NCBI GenBank assembly: GCA_051294375.1
Contig: CM119271.1
Coordinates: 12,183,620 to 12,247,619 of the forward strand
DNA: 64,000 bases
DNA from: Paraspadella gotoi
Taxonomy: Eukaryota; Animalia; Chaetognatha
Direction: 5' to 3'
Part shown: piece by piece, positions 40,180 through 53,700 of the stretch
Numbering within the stretch: position 1 is the stretch's first letter
Layout: each line of letters opens with the position of its first letter
Notes under the pieces: generated by a model
What the model was told of the DNA's origin: nothing
Seen by the model: only the letters and a program-made list of their open reading frames with translations
Databases searched by the model: none
Program-made: the position numbers and the translations under genes

Positions 40180-40392
40180 CTCTCTTCTCTCTCTCTCTCT
40201 CTCTCTTCTCCTTCTTCGTCTCTATACGACGGAAATGGGTAAATCTTTAGGTTTTCGCTGCAAAGCGATTACGAAGGCCAAAACTGCGCTTAGCGAAACA
40301 AGCGTGAAAAAAAAATGAACGTTGCGACAAATTCAAGGACAAAACCGTTAAGCCGGCAGAGAGAGAAGTGAGATGAGATGAGAAGAGACGAG

Positions 40393-40454
<62 letters not shown>

Positions 40455-41760
40455 TAGATTGAGCCCAAACAATGAAAGATTAAAAGACCCAAAAATGTAT
40501 GGCTCTCCCCTTGATTTTGCACTCGTTTGAAAATTAAAAATGCAAATAAAGTTTCAAACGAGGCTCTTCGAAAACAAGTGATCAATCCACCGTATAACTT
40601 CTGAGATTTCCGTTTTCACTTTCCTTCCTGTGTTTCAAACTTCACTTTGCCGAAAATTCGGACAAAAGTTCAAACGAACTAAACTATATATTTATTTCGC
40701 ATTTTTATTACATTTTTGTATTACATTTTCATTACCATTCTCTTAATTTAGTTACTGTCCATGATAATTCGGTTATCAATAAAAAAAAAATATTTGATTT
40801 GTATTTACAATATGTTTCTTACAGTATCTTTATAAATTTTGTTCTTTTTAATTTCAAATTCTGAATTAAATTAATCTTGGAGTTCGAAGGTCAAGTTTGG
40901 TATTAAGGTTAGGGAAAATAATTTGGGGCGCGATTGGAAAAGAGAGCCAATTAATTATTCATCGATTTAAAATTAAAGACAAATGATTAATTTCGCAAGT
41001 TTTTTTTTGTTTTTTTTTTGGTCAAATTTTCCAACTGAACATTTTTTTTCTTTTCACACAAAACCTGAAAATTATTTCGCCAGAAAAAATATTTCTTACA
41101 NNNNNNNNNNNNNNNNNNNNNNNNNNNNNNNNNNNNNNNNNNNNNNNNNNNNNNNNNNNNNNNNNNNNNNNNNNNNNNNNNNNNNNNNNNNNNNNNNNNN
41201 NNNNNNNNNNNNNNNNNNNNNNNNNNNNNNNNNNNNNNNNNNNNNNNNNNNNTCTCTACTCCTCTTTCTCTCTCTCCTCTCTTCTCTCTCTCTTCTCTCT
41301 CTCTCTTCATCTCTCTCTGCTCCTCTCTCTTCTCTCTCACGATTATGTTTTTTCACTCACGACGACAAACCTTTATTCCTTCGGATTTATAAACATTTCA
41401 TCCTTTAATTTGATGACAAGTTTTCTGATTGATATGTTGGTTGATCAACTGATTGGTTAATTGATTGGTTGTTCAACTGATTGGTTAATTGATTGGTCTT
41501 CTTATTGGTTGAATGAATTTTTCGGTCATCGACAATCAACATGATTGGGGCGGTCATTTTTTTTGATCCTATCATTTTTCTTATCAATTAAATATTTCTT
41601 TTCCCAAAAAAATCCTCGTTATTTTCGTCATAAAATTTAAAATCAGATTTTCGTCCCGAAAGTTGAATAAAAATTCTTTTCGTCTTTAATTCGCTCGTTT
41701 TATTTTTTTGTCTGAGAGGCCGTCGTCGTCGTCGTCGTTATCATTGACATCATTTTCGTA

Positions 41761-41842
<82 letters not shown>

Positions 41843-42049
41843 CATTGACGCTTAAAGTCCTCGTTAACTCTCGGTCGTTTTAAACTTAAAAGCTTCATGA
41901 ACTTTTTTATTACTTTTTCCGTTTAAATAAAAAAAACAAAACAAAACAAATATATGCATACATGAATCTCACCGGTGAAGTAAGGAGCTTAAATATCGAG
42001 ATGGACACTTGGAATTACAGATCGAACAGAAGGTGAGGAAAAAGTGATG

Positions 42050-42170
<121 letters not shown>

Positions 42171-43019
42171 ATTTCTCTCTTTTACATATTTTGTTCGATC
42201 GCAAGGTCACGAATTTGACTGGTCGCTTTTCTGTGCGGCCACTATCGTTTCCTGGTCTTTTTTAGTTTTACGGCTCTCAATTTTTGGAGAGAGAGAGAAA
42301 CTTATTCTTTAGTTATGTTTTAGACTCACATTGAAACACGTCGCCCGTCCAAAATACAGTTTTACTGGACGTTATGGACTTTTTTGTGAAAAAAACATTT
42401 TTTATAATCTACTTGGCGACCTTTTCCTCTTTACTTGTGTTGAGATTGAGAGACGCTTAAGAGAAGAAAGAAACTTCTTCACAGAAGGACATACGGACAA
42501 ACGGACATAAGGATTAAAACCAATTCAGATTAAGATGAAAATTAAACGTTAATAATTATGAATAAAAAATATAAATAAAAAAAATGTTTGTAACCTTTTT
42601 GTTTTTAAAATATTTCATCACTAGTTGAATTTAACAAAAATAAACGGCTCCTTTTTTTGGGCATGTGGGTAGAAAAAAATGATTACAATGTATCGGGAAG
42701 TAACGTTAATGTATAATTGTGCATGTGAAATTGTGAAATTGTGAAATTGTGAAATTGTGAATGAACCATCGATGATTTTTCTTTAAAACGAGAACGGTGA
42801 TTCCAATGTGTTGCGTCGCATTGACTTTATTTTCACGTGTATTTCACTTTGATCACATGATATGGCATGACATGACATGACATGTATTTATGACGTGCAC
42901 TGCATCGAAATTCCGTCTTTTATTTTCTCTTCTTAGATTTAAGGTTTTTTTTCCTGTCTTAACAAATGAGCAACTTCCTATAGGCGAATTATATTCATTT
43001 TTAATGTAAGTAGGATAGA

Positions 43020-43092
43020 CCTATGAACAGACAGACCGACCGAAAAGTGACTTGTAGAGCTGCTCCGCGTGAACTCGCGACGCACCTATAAA
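43020..43092 (-). mobile_element. Possible HINE terminus of a second family
   Basis: acagacagaccgaccgaaaagtgacttgtagagctgc...gcacctataaa resembles the 47600-47670 end (gaccgacaaagtgaattatagagtcg). The partner end was not found. Confidence 0.3.
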
Positions 43093-44972
43093 GTGTTACG
43101 ACTTTCTTTTCTCTTTCCGCTCGCTGCGCGGAAAGCTTTGAAATCTGCTCAAAAACACATTTACAAGTGAGATGAGATGAGAGAGAGATGACGAATCGAG
43201 AGGAGAGGCGAGGAGAGGAGAGAAGAGAGAAGCACGAGAAAAAGAGAGAGAGAGAGCGGAGAGAGATATTGCTTCGGAATCTTCTTGTGGCAATTATATC
43301 AGTGACCACACCTCTAATTCTCACCGTAATCCTGTGGCAACTGGGGCTTGGCGAGGTCGAGAACGTTATTTTATTCTGGTGTTAGTCAGGAAAATTTTTC
43401 TGACTGGGAGTCTATTCTGCACTTTTACTAATTGGGGAAAGTCTCTCTGGTGAGAGTCAGTGGCAGAATATCTTAATTAGAGCAGCGAGGCCGGATCTCC
43501 CGGTCGAACCCATTTCGCTCGTGTCCCAATCGGTGATTACGGTGTGTTTGGATTGATTGCACAATCCGCGCGAGAGTCTCAAGATGTTGCGCTCCGGAGA
43601 TAGAAGACTGGAGCAGAAGTTGCTCAGGAGAGAGAGATGACGGCGGGAGAGAGAGACCCGAGGAACGAGTTGAAAAGGAGAGACGGGATTCAGGGGGCAT
43701 TAGGCATCCCTGTGACAAACAAGCATAGACCATTTATTTCTTTCTGTCCCTGCTCCTTCGCGCGATGCCCGGAGCCCCAATGATATTATTAGCGCATCTG
43801 AGACCAACTTTATCAATATCATTTTACTAGAATTTTCGTTTCCTGCGTCAGAATATGTATGTATATTTAAAATTAGCAATTCACGTCCAGTCTGAAAGAA
43901 AAAAAATGGTACGATCGTCTCGAATTATTAAACAAAATCTATTTAAAAAAAAACATTTTCTAAACATCCGTTCTTTTTATTTTTGGATTCTCGACGACCT
44001 TGTTGTCGTTGTTGTTGTCGGCGTCGTTGTTGTTGTCGTCGTCGTTGTCGACGTCGTCGTCGTTGTCGTTGTTCTATCGTCTACTGCAGGATCAAGATGA
44101 ATCTTCGGCTGCAAAATTTCCCGGTAAAAAAAAAACGGAAAAAAACAATTTATAAAAAACTCGATCGCATGTTTTTTTTCCTTTCGTTCTTGTTTTTATT
44201 TTTTTTTTTGGGGGGGGGGCGCTGGAGCGATCTTTTCTAAAAGCGCCCGAAATCTGTTTCATTAATTATTTTTTAATCCTTAAATTTGACGATAGTTTGT
44301 TAGTAAACTTATAACCTTATTTCTAACCTTAATCTTTAAAATATAAATGCTTAACCTTAACCTAATTCTATTTAACTATTTAACTATTAACTTTAAATAT
44401 AACTTATTTCCAAATTTAAGATAAAATGTGGCGTTCTGGGAAAATAGTGCCTTTTATTTTTTTTTGATCCCGAGTTTCCTCGGATANNNNNNNNNNNNNN
44501 NNNNNNNNNNNNNNNNNNNNNNNNNNNNNNNNNNNNNNNNNNNNNNNNNNNNNNNNNNNNNNNNNNNNNNNNNNNNNNNNNNNNNNNNNNNNNNNNNNNN
44601 NNNNNNNNNNNNNNNNNNNNNNNNNNNNNNNNNNNNNNNNNNNNNNNNNNNNNNNNNNNNNNNNNNNCTCTCTCTCTCTCTCTGATAGAGATGGAGATGT
44701 CTACTACAGAGTTCAAAGAGTCCATCAGCGAATCGTTCAACATTAAAATATTTTAATTAACATTTTTCATTAACAATACTAGAAAATACTCAATATATTC
44801 TAAACACCACGATTTTATCCGTACTTTTTCATAAGCCTCGGATTATTATCACAACATTTCATCGACGTGCCTTCGTTTTCTGTGAATAGAAAAAAAAAAT
44901 CAACTGATCAAAAAAAAAGGGAAAAAAAATCTCTTCATCTCGTTTTTTGTCGTCGTCGTCGTCGTCGTCGTT

Positions 44973-45029
<57 letters not shown>

Positions 45030-45394
45030 TCTTCGTTAAACGTCAGTTTTTCGTCTTGTATTTTTTTTGCCCTAAATTGTCAATACATGAAAATTACTCG
45101 TTTTTCTACATGAGACTCAAATGTTTTTTTTACGAATACAAATAACAAAGTTGAATATATTTTACTTCGATATTCAAATAATTAAATATTTAAGAATATT
45201 CAAATCCGTATAAATTTGTTTTCCTTTTCGCCAAAAAAAAAAAAAGAAGATAAAAATCAAAACTAAAATACGAAGAGACGATTATAACTTTTAAATGTCA
45301 ACTTTTAAACTGTTAACGATTCCAAGTTTAAAAACAAAAACAAAACAAAAACGAGAAAAACCAACTCGTATGTGAAGACAACGCGAATTGGCTT

Positions 45395-45510
45395 CTTGAA
45401 CTCGTAGCTCTTCCAAGCGCCGCAATCAGTTTCGGAATAAAGAGTCCGGGGTTCGATTCCTACCCTGTACCTACCATCATGGCATCGTGAGCCATTTTTT
45501 GGGGGCAAGG
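45395..45510 (+). mobile_element. tRNA-derived SINE-like remnant
   Basis: Canonical B box GGTTCGATTCC (45450-45460) followed by gtacctacc as in the 30340 copy. The A box is degenerate and no cloverleaf forms. Confidence 0.35.
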
Positions 45511-46076
45511 TCAACTTTTCTTGATCCGTTGCTGTTAATGGATTAAAGAAATTACGAAAGATCACACATCGTTTACTTCTTGAAATAAAAAAGGAAAAAA
45601 AAACAGCAAAAAAAATTTTTTTTTTACGTGAAAAATTTTTGTGTGAAGTTTTACTTCGAATTAAAAGGATTACGATTCGTCACTCGGAACGATTTGTTAA
45701 AANNNNNNNNNNNNNNNNNNNNNNNNNNNNNNNNNNNNNNNNNNNNNNNNNNNNNNNNNNNNNNNNNNNNNNNNNNNNNNNNNNNNNNNNNNNNNNNNNN
45801 NNNNNNNNNNNNNNNNNNNNNNNNNNNNNNNNNNNNNNNNNNNNNNNNNNNNNNNNNNNNNNNNNNNNNNNNNNNNNNNNNNNNNNNNNNNNNNNNNNNN
45901 NNNNNNNNNNNNNNNAAAATTGTATTTTATATTTAAATTAAACTCAACGTCTTAAAACAACCTTTTCCCGCTCTCTCCTTTTACCCCAAAAAAAACAACC
46001 AAAAAACAAAAGACACAAAAAACAAAACACTGACGCTCTCCCTCCCCCCCCTTTTGTTTCTGTTTTCTCCCTTCAG

Positions 46077-46190
46077 TGTTTCTTTCCCGGGGCGATAGAC
46101 GCCGCTTACGTTGTTCGCCCGTCCGGGTTTCTGCAGAGGGCGCTGGGCGAATTGACGTTTAAGATGATCAAGGACGAGTGCAAATTTAAG
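46077..46190 (+). CDS. MCF2L: Next coding exon of the DBS/MCF2L-like gene (CRAL-TRIO)
   Basis: CTGAC branch-like motif near 46030, long pyrimidine tract, CAG acceptor (46074-46076), GTGAG donor at 46191; 114 nt, phase 0. Encodes CFFPGAIDAAYVVRPSGFLQRALGELTFKMIKDECKFK, versus recalled MCF2L ASFPANLQLVLVLRPTGFFQRTLSDIAFKFNRDDFKMK. Not in the ORF track. Confidence 0.88.
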
Positions 46191-46399
46191 GTGAGACCGT
46201 GAGGCCTTCGATTCTGACAAGATTCTTGATTCACTGATGTTTCTATCCTTGAGTTTAAATTTAGCTTTTTATCCTTTGAGATAAAGTTAGGAATCATCAT
46301 TTTTATGATTTTTGTGATGATTTATTTCGGAAAAAATCGATTTACTTTTGTTTTGAAACAAAGATTTTTTTTGGTGGGGGTCATTAATCTTCAAAAGGG

Positions 46400-46440
<41 letters not shown>

Positions 46441-46943
46441 AGAAGACGATGACAACAAAAACAACAAAGTCCACGAAACGACGATGATAAAAAAAGTCCC
46501 AATTGAATTTTAAATTTGACTTCATTCGACAGATCAACATCCGTAGCTGCATATAGAGATTCCGTATTTTAAAATAATTTAGTTTTTTATTGAACATTTT
46601 TCAAAATAGCCTTCTCGTTTCAAATGGAAAATATTTAAATTTTATAAACGACGGGTTAACGGGATTAGGAAATTTTTTTCTTATTTTTCCGGGTTAATCA
46701 GTGAATCGGTTAATGCCTTACTGAATGGGCGGTTAATCCTATTACGGGTTAAAAATTTGTTCTGAGAAGGGATCAAGAAAGGGCCATCAGTCGAAATGGA
46801 GAGAGAAAGGTAAAGGCAATTGCAGATGGGCAAGAAGGCAATGAAGATTGCGTATCGATTCTGCAAAGGAGTGAGAACAGTCGTTGGTGACGTTGCAGAG
46901 TTCCGCATCTAGAGTGGACTTATGAGCCCGGGACCCGTTCCAT

Positions 46944-46994
<51 letters not shown>

Positions 46995-47028
46995 AATCGA
47001 AACAAAAAGTTGAACGATTTGAAACGAA

Positions 47029-47671
47029 AACAAGTTTGAGCAAACAATGTCGGATCTGCGGTAATTAATTAATACAAACTATATAAACTAAAATAANNNN
47101 NNNNNNNNNNNNNNNNNNNNNNNNNNNNNNNNNNNNNNNNNNNNNNNNNNNNNNNNNNNNNNNNNNNNNNNNNNNNNNNNNNNNNNNNNNNNNNNNNNNN
47201 NNNNNNNNNNNNNNNNNNNNNNNNNNNNNNNNNNNNNNNNNNNNNNNNNNNNNNNNNNNNNNNNNNNNNNNNNNNNNNNNNNNNNNNNNNNNNNNNNNNN
47301 NNNNNNNNNNNNNNNTGATTAATTAATCATTTATTAATTAATTGATCAATTGATTAATAAAATAATTAATTATTTGATTAATTAATACATCTTGCATTTA
47401 CATTTAATATAAAAAAAAGAAGCATAATCAATTAGTGAAACAGGTTCTTTGTTTTTTCCATTTAAACTCATTTCCACTCGGACGGACAGACAGACAGAGA
47501 GAGGGAAGGACGGACGAACGGACGGACATCATTTTTTTTTGCATAATTTATCATAATTCGATGTTCTGACATGATATAAGTGAATGCCCGACAAGATTGA
47601 GGGGGCGGACCGACGGACCGACAAAGTGAATTATAGAGTCGAGATCTGCTGAAAGCAGATCCGACTAAAAA
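47029..47671 (-). mobile_element. Helentron-associated interspersed element (DINE-1/HINE-like)
   Basis: Perfect 11-bp subterminal inverted repeats GTCGGATCTGC (47049-47059) / GCAGATCCGAC (47655-47665). Hairpin agtcg-a-gatctgct-gaa-agcagatc-cgact at one end, gtttg-ag-caaac hairpin plus AACAAG at the other. Internal (GGAC/GACA)n and (AATT)-rich array; A/T-run flanks; contains an N gap. Confidence 0.7.
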
Positions 47672-47746
47672 TTGAGAAGAAAAAATGAAGGCGAAAGAAA
47701 AAATTAAAAGAAGATGTGAAATGTAATTGGGGAGAGACGGAGAGTG

Positions 47747-47787
<41 letters not shown>

Positions 47788-48537
47788 CCACTCTCTCTTT
47801 TCCTCCCACTCTCTCTCTCCCAAGGTGTTGAAAGAAAGAAATCCATTATCCTGATCTACATTTTCACTAATTAATGCCCCATTGAGTTTCTTGGCAGGAG
47901 TCCGTTGTGGGGCGAGAAAAAGGCTAAGAGGNNNNNNNNNNNNNNNNNNNNNNNNNNNNNNNNNNNNNNNNNNNNNNNNNNNNNNNNNNNNNNNNNNNNN
48001 NNNNNNNNNNNNNNNNNNNNNNNNNNNNNNNNNNNNNNNNNNNNNNNNNNNNNNNNNNNNNNNNNNNNNNNNNNNNNNNNNNNNNNNNNNNNNNNNNNNN
48101 NNNNNNNNNNNNNNNNNNNNNNNNNNNNNNNNNNNNNNNNNNNNNNNNNNNNNNNNNNNNNNNNNNNNNNNNNNNNNNNNNNNNNNNNNNNNNNNNNNNN
48201 NNNNNNNNNNNNNNNNNNNNNNNNNNNNNNNNNNNNNNNNNNNNNNNNNNNNNNNNNNNNNNNNNNNNNNNNNNNNNNNNNNNNNNNNNNNNNNNNNNNN
48301 NNNNNNNNNNNTTTTCTCCACTCCTTGTGAGATCCTTTTTCGTTCAGATAATCTTAATTAAATTTGACGTTCTGTCGTCATCTACTTCGGCTTTAATAAT
48401 CCATGAATTCTTTATTATCATTTTTTCTCCTCTTCCACCCATTTTTTTTCCAAGGTTTAATTTCACATTTAAAAAAAAAAAAATTGTCAAATTTGTATTG
48501 AATTACGTTGCTTAATATTAAGAGAGAAAGTGTGTAA

Positions 48538-48580
<43 letters not shown>

Positions 48581-49463
48581 AGGGAGAGAGGGAGAAGGAG
48601 AGAGAGAGAGGGAGAAGGAGAGAGAGACAGTTTTCATCGATTACGACATCCGTTTCTCGTTTGACTGATTGAAGCTTTTTGGTCGCATCGACTGTGAGAC
48701 TGTGAGACTGTGAGAGACAGGTGAAAAAGAGAGAGAGAAGGAGGAAGAGAGAAAGTGAGTGAGAGAGAGAGAGAAAAGGAGAGAAAAGAAAAAAAAACTC
48801 TTTACTTTTTTTCACTAGGTTTACAAGGTTTATTATTGGTATTGAACAACGATTTTACAAATTAGAAAAAAAAGAAGAAAAAACCCAAAGTGACTTTCGA
48901 GTTTTTTTTTCTCATCAAAATTGATTTCGTTTCTGTTTCGACTCAAAAGATAATCTAATCTTCTTCTTCTTCTTCTTCTTCTTCTTCTTCTTCTTCNNNN
49001 NNNNNNNNNNNNNNNNNNNNNNNNNNNNNNNNNNNNNNNNNNNNNNNNNNNNNNNNNNNNNNNNNNNNNNNNNNNNNNNNNNNNNNNNNNNNNNNNNNNN
49101 NNNNNNNNNNNNNNNNNNNNNNNNNNNNNNNNNNNNNNNNNNNNNNNNNNNNNNNNNNNNNNNNNNNNNNNNNNNNNNNNNNNNNNNNNNNNNNNNNNNN
49201 NNNNNNNNNNNNNNNNNNNNNNNNNNNNNNGAGAGAGAGAATAAAAAAACAATCAAATTATAGTCAAATAAAAATATCATTAAAATTTTAATCAGTCGAT
49301 TATGAATAAAGGCTTCGCATAAGAGTCGTTATCGTCGTTATCGTCGTCGTTATCGTCATCGTCGTCATCATCGTCGTTGTCGTCGTCGTCGCGTTATTGG
49401 AGTTTGAAAAGGAGAGGCGAGAAAGACGACAATGATGACGACGACGAAGACGATGACGAAGAA

Positions 49464-49500
<37 letters not shown>

Positions 49501-49564
49501 TTAAAAACGTCGCCATTTTGAGGAAAAGACTTAATCCTGTTTACTACCTGACTGACGATGGAAA

Positions 49565-49601
<37 letters not shown>

Positions 49602-50486
49602 NNNNNNNNNNNNNNNNNNNNNNNNNNNNNNNNNNNNNNNNNNNNNNNNNNNNNNNNNNNNNNNNNNNNNNNNNNNNNNNNNNNNNNNNNNNNNNNNNNN
49701 NNNNNNNNNNNNNNNNNNNNNNNNNNNNNNNNNNNNNNNNNNNNNNNNNNNNNNNNNNNNNNNNNNNNNNNNNNNNNNNNNNNNNNNNNNNNNNNNNNNN
49801 NNNNNNNNNNNNNNNNNNNNNNNNNNNNNNNNNNNNNNNNNNNNNNNNNNNNNNNNNNNNNNNNNNNNNNNNNNNNNNNNNNNNNNNNNNNNNNNNNNNN
49901 NNNNNNNNNNNNNNNNNNNNNNTGAGGGAACGAAAGATATGAGTCTCGTAAACTAAAAACATGGTTGCTAACAATTTGACTAATGATCAGTTTTTTTATC
50001 TGTTTGTTCATTTGTTTTTTTGGTTTTTTTTTTGGCGTCAAAATTCAGAAGTGAAAACTTGACATTTTTTTTATCCTGAAAAAGAAAAAAAGATTTTCTT
50101 CGCAAATAATCGCGACTAAAAATGAAGAAGATTTTAATTATTTTTTTTCTTTTTTGACAGAAACAATTTATTTCTGAGGTTGATTCGACTTTTTGGGCGG
50201 TCACTAAAAAAAAACAAAAAAACAACAAAAAACGAAAATAACAATAAAGTTTATTACTTTTCCCTTTTAATTCTATTTTATTTTCAACTTCTCTTTTCCA
50301 TCTTTTTTCTCCCTCTCTCCCCCTTCTTTTCCCCTTCTCTCCCTCCTTTCCTTCCTCTCCCTTCCTCTCTCCCCCTCCTCTCCCTTTCTATCCCCTTCCT
50401 CTCTCCCTCTCTCTCGTCCTTTCTCCCTCTCTCTCTCCCTCTCTCTCTCCCTCTCCCTCCCTCTCTCCCCACCTCCCTCCCCCCAG

Positions 50487-50603
50487 GTCATCCTGTGCAG
50501 TTCAGTTGAGGAGCTGCACAATTACGTCGAGAGGCAAGAACTCTCTTCCGATTTGAACGGATCCATCCAATACAATCACGATCAGTGGGTCGAGCAACGT
50601 CAG
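50487..50603 (+). CDS. MCF2L: Third exon in the window of the DBS/MCF2L-like gene (end of CRAL-TRIO)
   Basis: CT-rich tract, CAG acceptor (50484-50486), GTACGT donor at 50604; 117 nt, phase 0. Encodes VILCSSVEELHNYVERQELSSDLNGSIQYNHDQWVEQRQ, versus recalled VIMLSSVPDLHGYIDKSQLTEDLGGTLDYCHSRWLCQRT. Confidence 0.88.
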
Positions 50604-51029
50604 GTACGTCATTCTCAATTTTCTTCTTTTCACTTNNNNNNNNNNNNNNNNNNNNNNNNNNNNNNNNNNNNNNNNNNNNNNNNNNNNNNNNNNNNNNNNN
50701 NNNNNNNNNNNNNNNNNNNNNNNNNNNNNNNNNNNNNNNNNNNNNNNNNNNNNNNNNNNNNNNNNNNNNNNNNNNNNNNNNNNNNNNNNNNNNNNNNNNN
50801 NNNNNNNNNNNNNNNNNNNNNNNNNNNNNNNNNNNNNNNNNNNNNNNNNNNNNNNNNNNNNNNNNNNNNNNNNNNNNNNNNNNNNNNNNNNNNNNNNNNN
50901 NNNNNNCTCCTCCTTCTCCCCCTCTTCCTCTCTCCTCTCTTTCTTCTCCCGGAGCGATGACCAACGCGAATCGACAACCGAAATAATTATATCGATTGAG
51001 GAAAAACGCGACCGACCGTTTGACCTGAA

Positions 51030-51205
51030 ATGGCATTTGGAGATGGCGTTGCGAAATGGCGTTTCGAGATGGCGTTGCGAAATGGCGTTTCGAGATGGCG
51101 TTTCGAGATGGCGCTTTTAAAATGGCGTTTTGAGATGGTGTTTTGAAATGGCGTTTTGAGATGGCGTTGCGAAATGGCGTTTTGAGATGGCGCTTTTAAA
51201 ATGGT
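51030..51205 (+). repeat. 13-bp minisatellite (GAGATGGCGTTTT / GAAATGGCGTTTC)
   Basis: Visible tandem units. Confidence 0.85.
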
Positions 51206-51441
51206 CTAGAGATGGTGAATTGGTGATAGTTAATTATGTGATAGCTGCAATGACATCCTGAGACTTGAAAGGGAGATTCGTGATACCGATCCGCGATAGT
51301 CATTTGTGATACAGATCTGTGATGATTGATAGCAATAACTATTCCAGACATTGTTCAATGATGATGTTCAATTGTTCATTAATGAAATTTACTTTTTCTT
51401 TACTCTTTTGCTTTCAAACTCGAGTCTAGCTTTTCTGTTTC

Positions 51442-51477
<36 letters not shown>

Positions 51478-52267
51478 NNNNNNNNNNNNNNNNNNNNNNN
51501 NNNNNNNNNNNNNNNNNNNNNNNNNNNNNNNNNNNNNNNNNNNNNNNNNNNNNNNNNNNNNNNNNNNNNNNNNNNNNNNNNNNNNNNNNNNNNNNNNNNN
51601 NNNNNNNNNNNNNNNNNNNNNNNNNNNNNNNNNNNNNNNNNNNNNNNNNNNNNNNNNNNNNNNNNNNNNNNNNNCCCCATCCGCCCCGGCTTCACTTCGA
51701 CCTCGCTCTCCTTCTCATTTCCCAAACTTGACTTTTGTTCTTTTTAATTTCTCCCTTCTCCGCTTGGCGCCGCCAGTCGTCAAACCAGATGCAGAATTGC
51801 AGATGTTGCTCTCAGTATGCTGTTGTTGTTGTTGTTGTTTTTGTTTTTTTGCTTTATATTTTGTTTATATTTGTTATTTTTTTAATTTGTTTTTTAATTT
51901 GTTTTTTATTGTTATTTTTTAAATATATCTGTCCCTTTAATAAATTGATTTAATACAAAAGTCAAACACTTCGAAAAAATAAGCGAACAAATTTATGGTC
52001 AGTTACAGAAAACAGATTCGCCTTGGCACAGTGACACATACTTGACGCACAGTTAAAAGTTGAAAGGCCTTCAGGACGAATAAAATTGCAACTAATTAGT
52101 AGAATTATAATCATTACACGAGGAGAAAATTCTGCTTTAATTTTTCGTTTGTACATTTAGACTATTTTCCATGCTTTCGTTCTCTTTCTCTCTCTTTCTC
52201 CCTCTCTCTCCCTCTCTTTCTCTCTCCCTCCCTCTCTCCCTCNNNNNNNNNNNNNNNNNNNNNNNNN

Positions 52268-52794
52268 ACGTTTGAATGGTCGTGTTTTGAACATTTAAGG
52301 AACAACGGTTTGAGATGGCTGACGATGCGTAAAATCGCCCAACCGTTTTAATGCGCTTTTAAAAATGTCGTATAGGAATGATGTGAATTGTTGGATAGTA
52401 ATATGTGATACTGCCCGATGACATCCTAAAGACTTAGGAAAGGAATTACTCTGATAGCCGATCCGGCGCATCGAATTCGTCCATCGTACATTTTATAACC
52501 AGACTGTATGATTATAGATACGATACAATAATACTATTCTCAGCAGACTAGCCTATTTTTATTTGACGTTCCGCAGGGATGATTGCATGTTCAATGTTCG
52601 CATTATTAAATGAAAGATACGTTTCTTTCCTTGACTCTTTCTTTCCTTGGCTTTTCCATAGATGACCCTACATCGTTATGGCTGATGGTTACTCTCTTAA
52701 TGCCTCTGCTTTTCTGGTTCTTCATCCTTCCGTCTCATCTCTCTCTTTCCTCTACTTTTCTCTCTATCTCTCTCTCTCGTTCTCCCCTCTCTCT

Positions 52795-52828
<34 letters not shown>

Positions 52829-53700
52829 GTTCTCTCCTCTTCTCTCTCGAGTCATCCTCTTCCATCTCCTCCCCCATCCGCCCGGCCTCACTTCGACAAT
52901 CGGAGTGTCAATCCACGTGTTCCGCTCTGCCTTCTCATTTCCCTAAACTTGGACTTTGTTCTTTTAATTCCTTCTGCGTCTCCTGCTTTGGCTTCGTCCT
53001 GTCCGCCATAGTCGCGACTGCGCGCGTCACAAAACCAGGATGCAGTAAATGCAGATGTTTCGACTTCTCCAGTTTTTATGCGTGGTGTTTTGTTTTTTTG
53101 GTTATTAATTTGCTCTTCTTTCATATTTTATTCATTATTGTTATTTTTTAATTGGTTTTTTAATTGGTTTTATGATACTGTAATTTTTTAATATAGTCTT
53201 CCCTTTAATAAACTTGATTTTGATACAAAAGTTTCAAACACTGTCTAACAACCTATAAGCAGTGAGACAAATTTTTAGTCGAGTACGGAAAAAACTAATA
53301 CGCCTTGCGGCACTATTAGCACCACATACTTGACGACTCAGTTACAAAGGTTATAATGGGCGTTCAGGGACTGCTAAGTAACGTAGACTGAATCTAATTG
53401 AGGAATATATTAATATCGTTACAGCGAGAGAAAAAAGTTCTGCTAATTTTTCGTTTGTACATTTAACTAGTTGCCATGCTTTCGTTTTCGTCTTTCCTCT
53501 CCTTTCCCCTGAGAGAACTGCGATTCTTTCTGTTGCGTCCCTACCTCTGGTTGTTCTGCTCTCCCCTCCCTCTTCTCCTCTCCTTCCCTCTCTCGCCTTC
53601 CTTCTCTCCCTCCCTCCTGCTCCTCCCGTTCCTCTCTCCCCTCCCTCCCTCGATCTCCCACTCACTTCCTCTCCCTCCCTCTCTCCCCTTTCTCTCTCCT
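52268..53700 (+). repeat. Insertion-rich noisy direct copy of about 51000-52242 after a 25-N gap
   Basis: Landmarks ccccatccgcccggc, aaaccagatgcag, aggagaaaattctgct recur in order with many inserted bases. Confidence 0.8.

Noticed and set aside
45395-45480. Functional tRNA gene
   Set aside because: Only the B box is canonical; no acceptor, D or anticodon stems.
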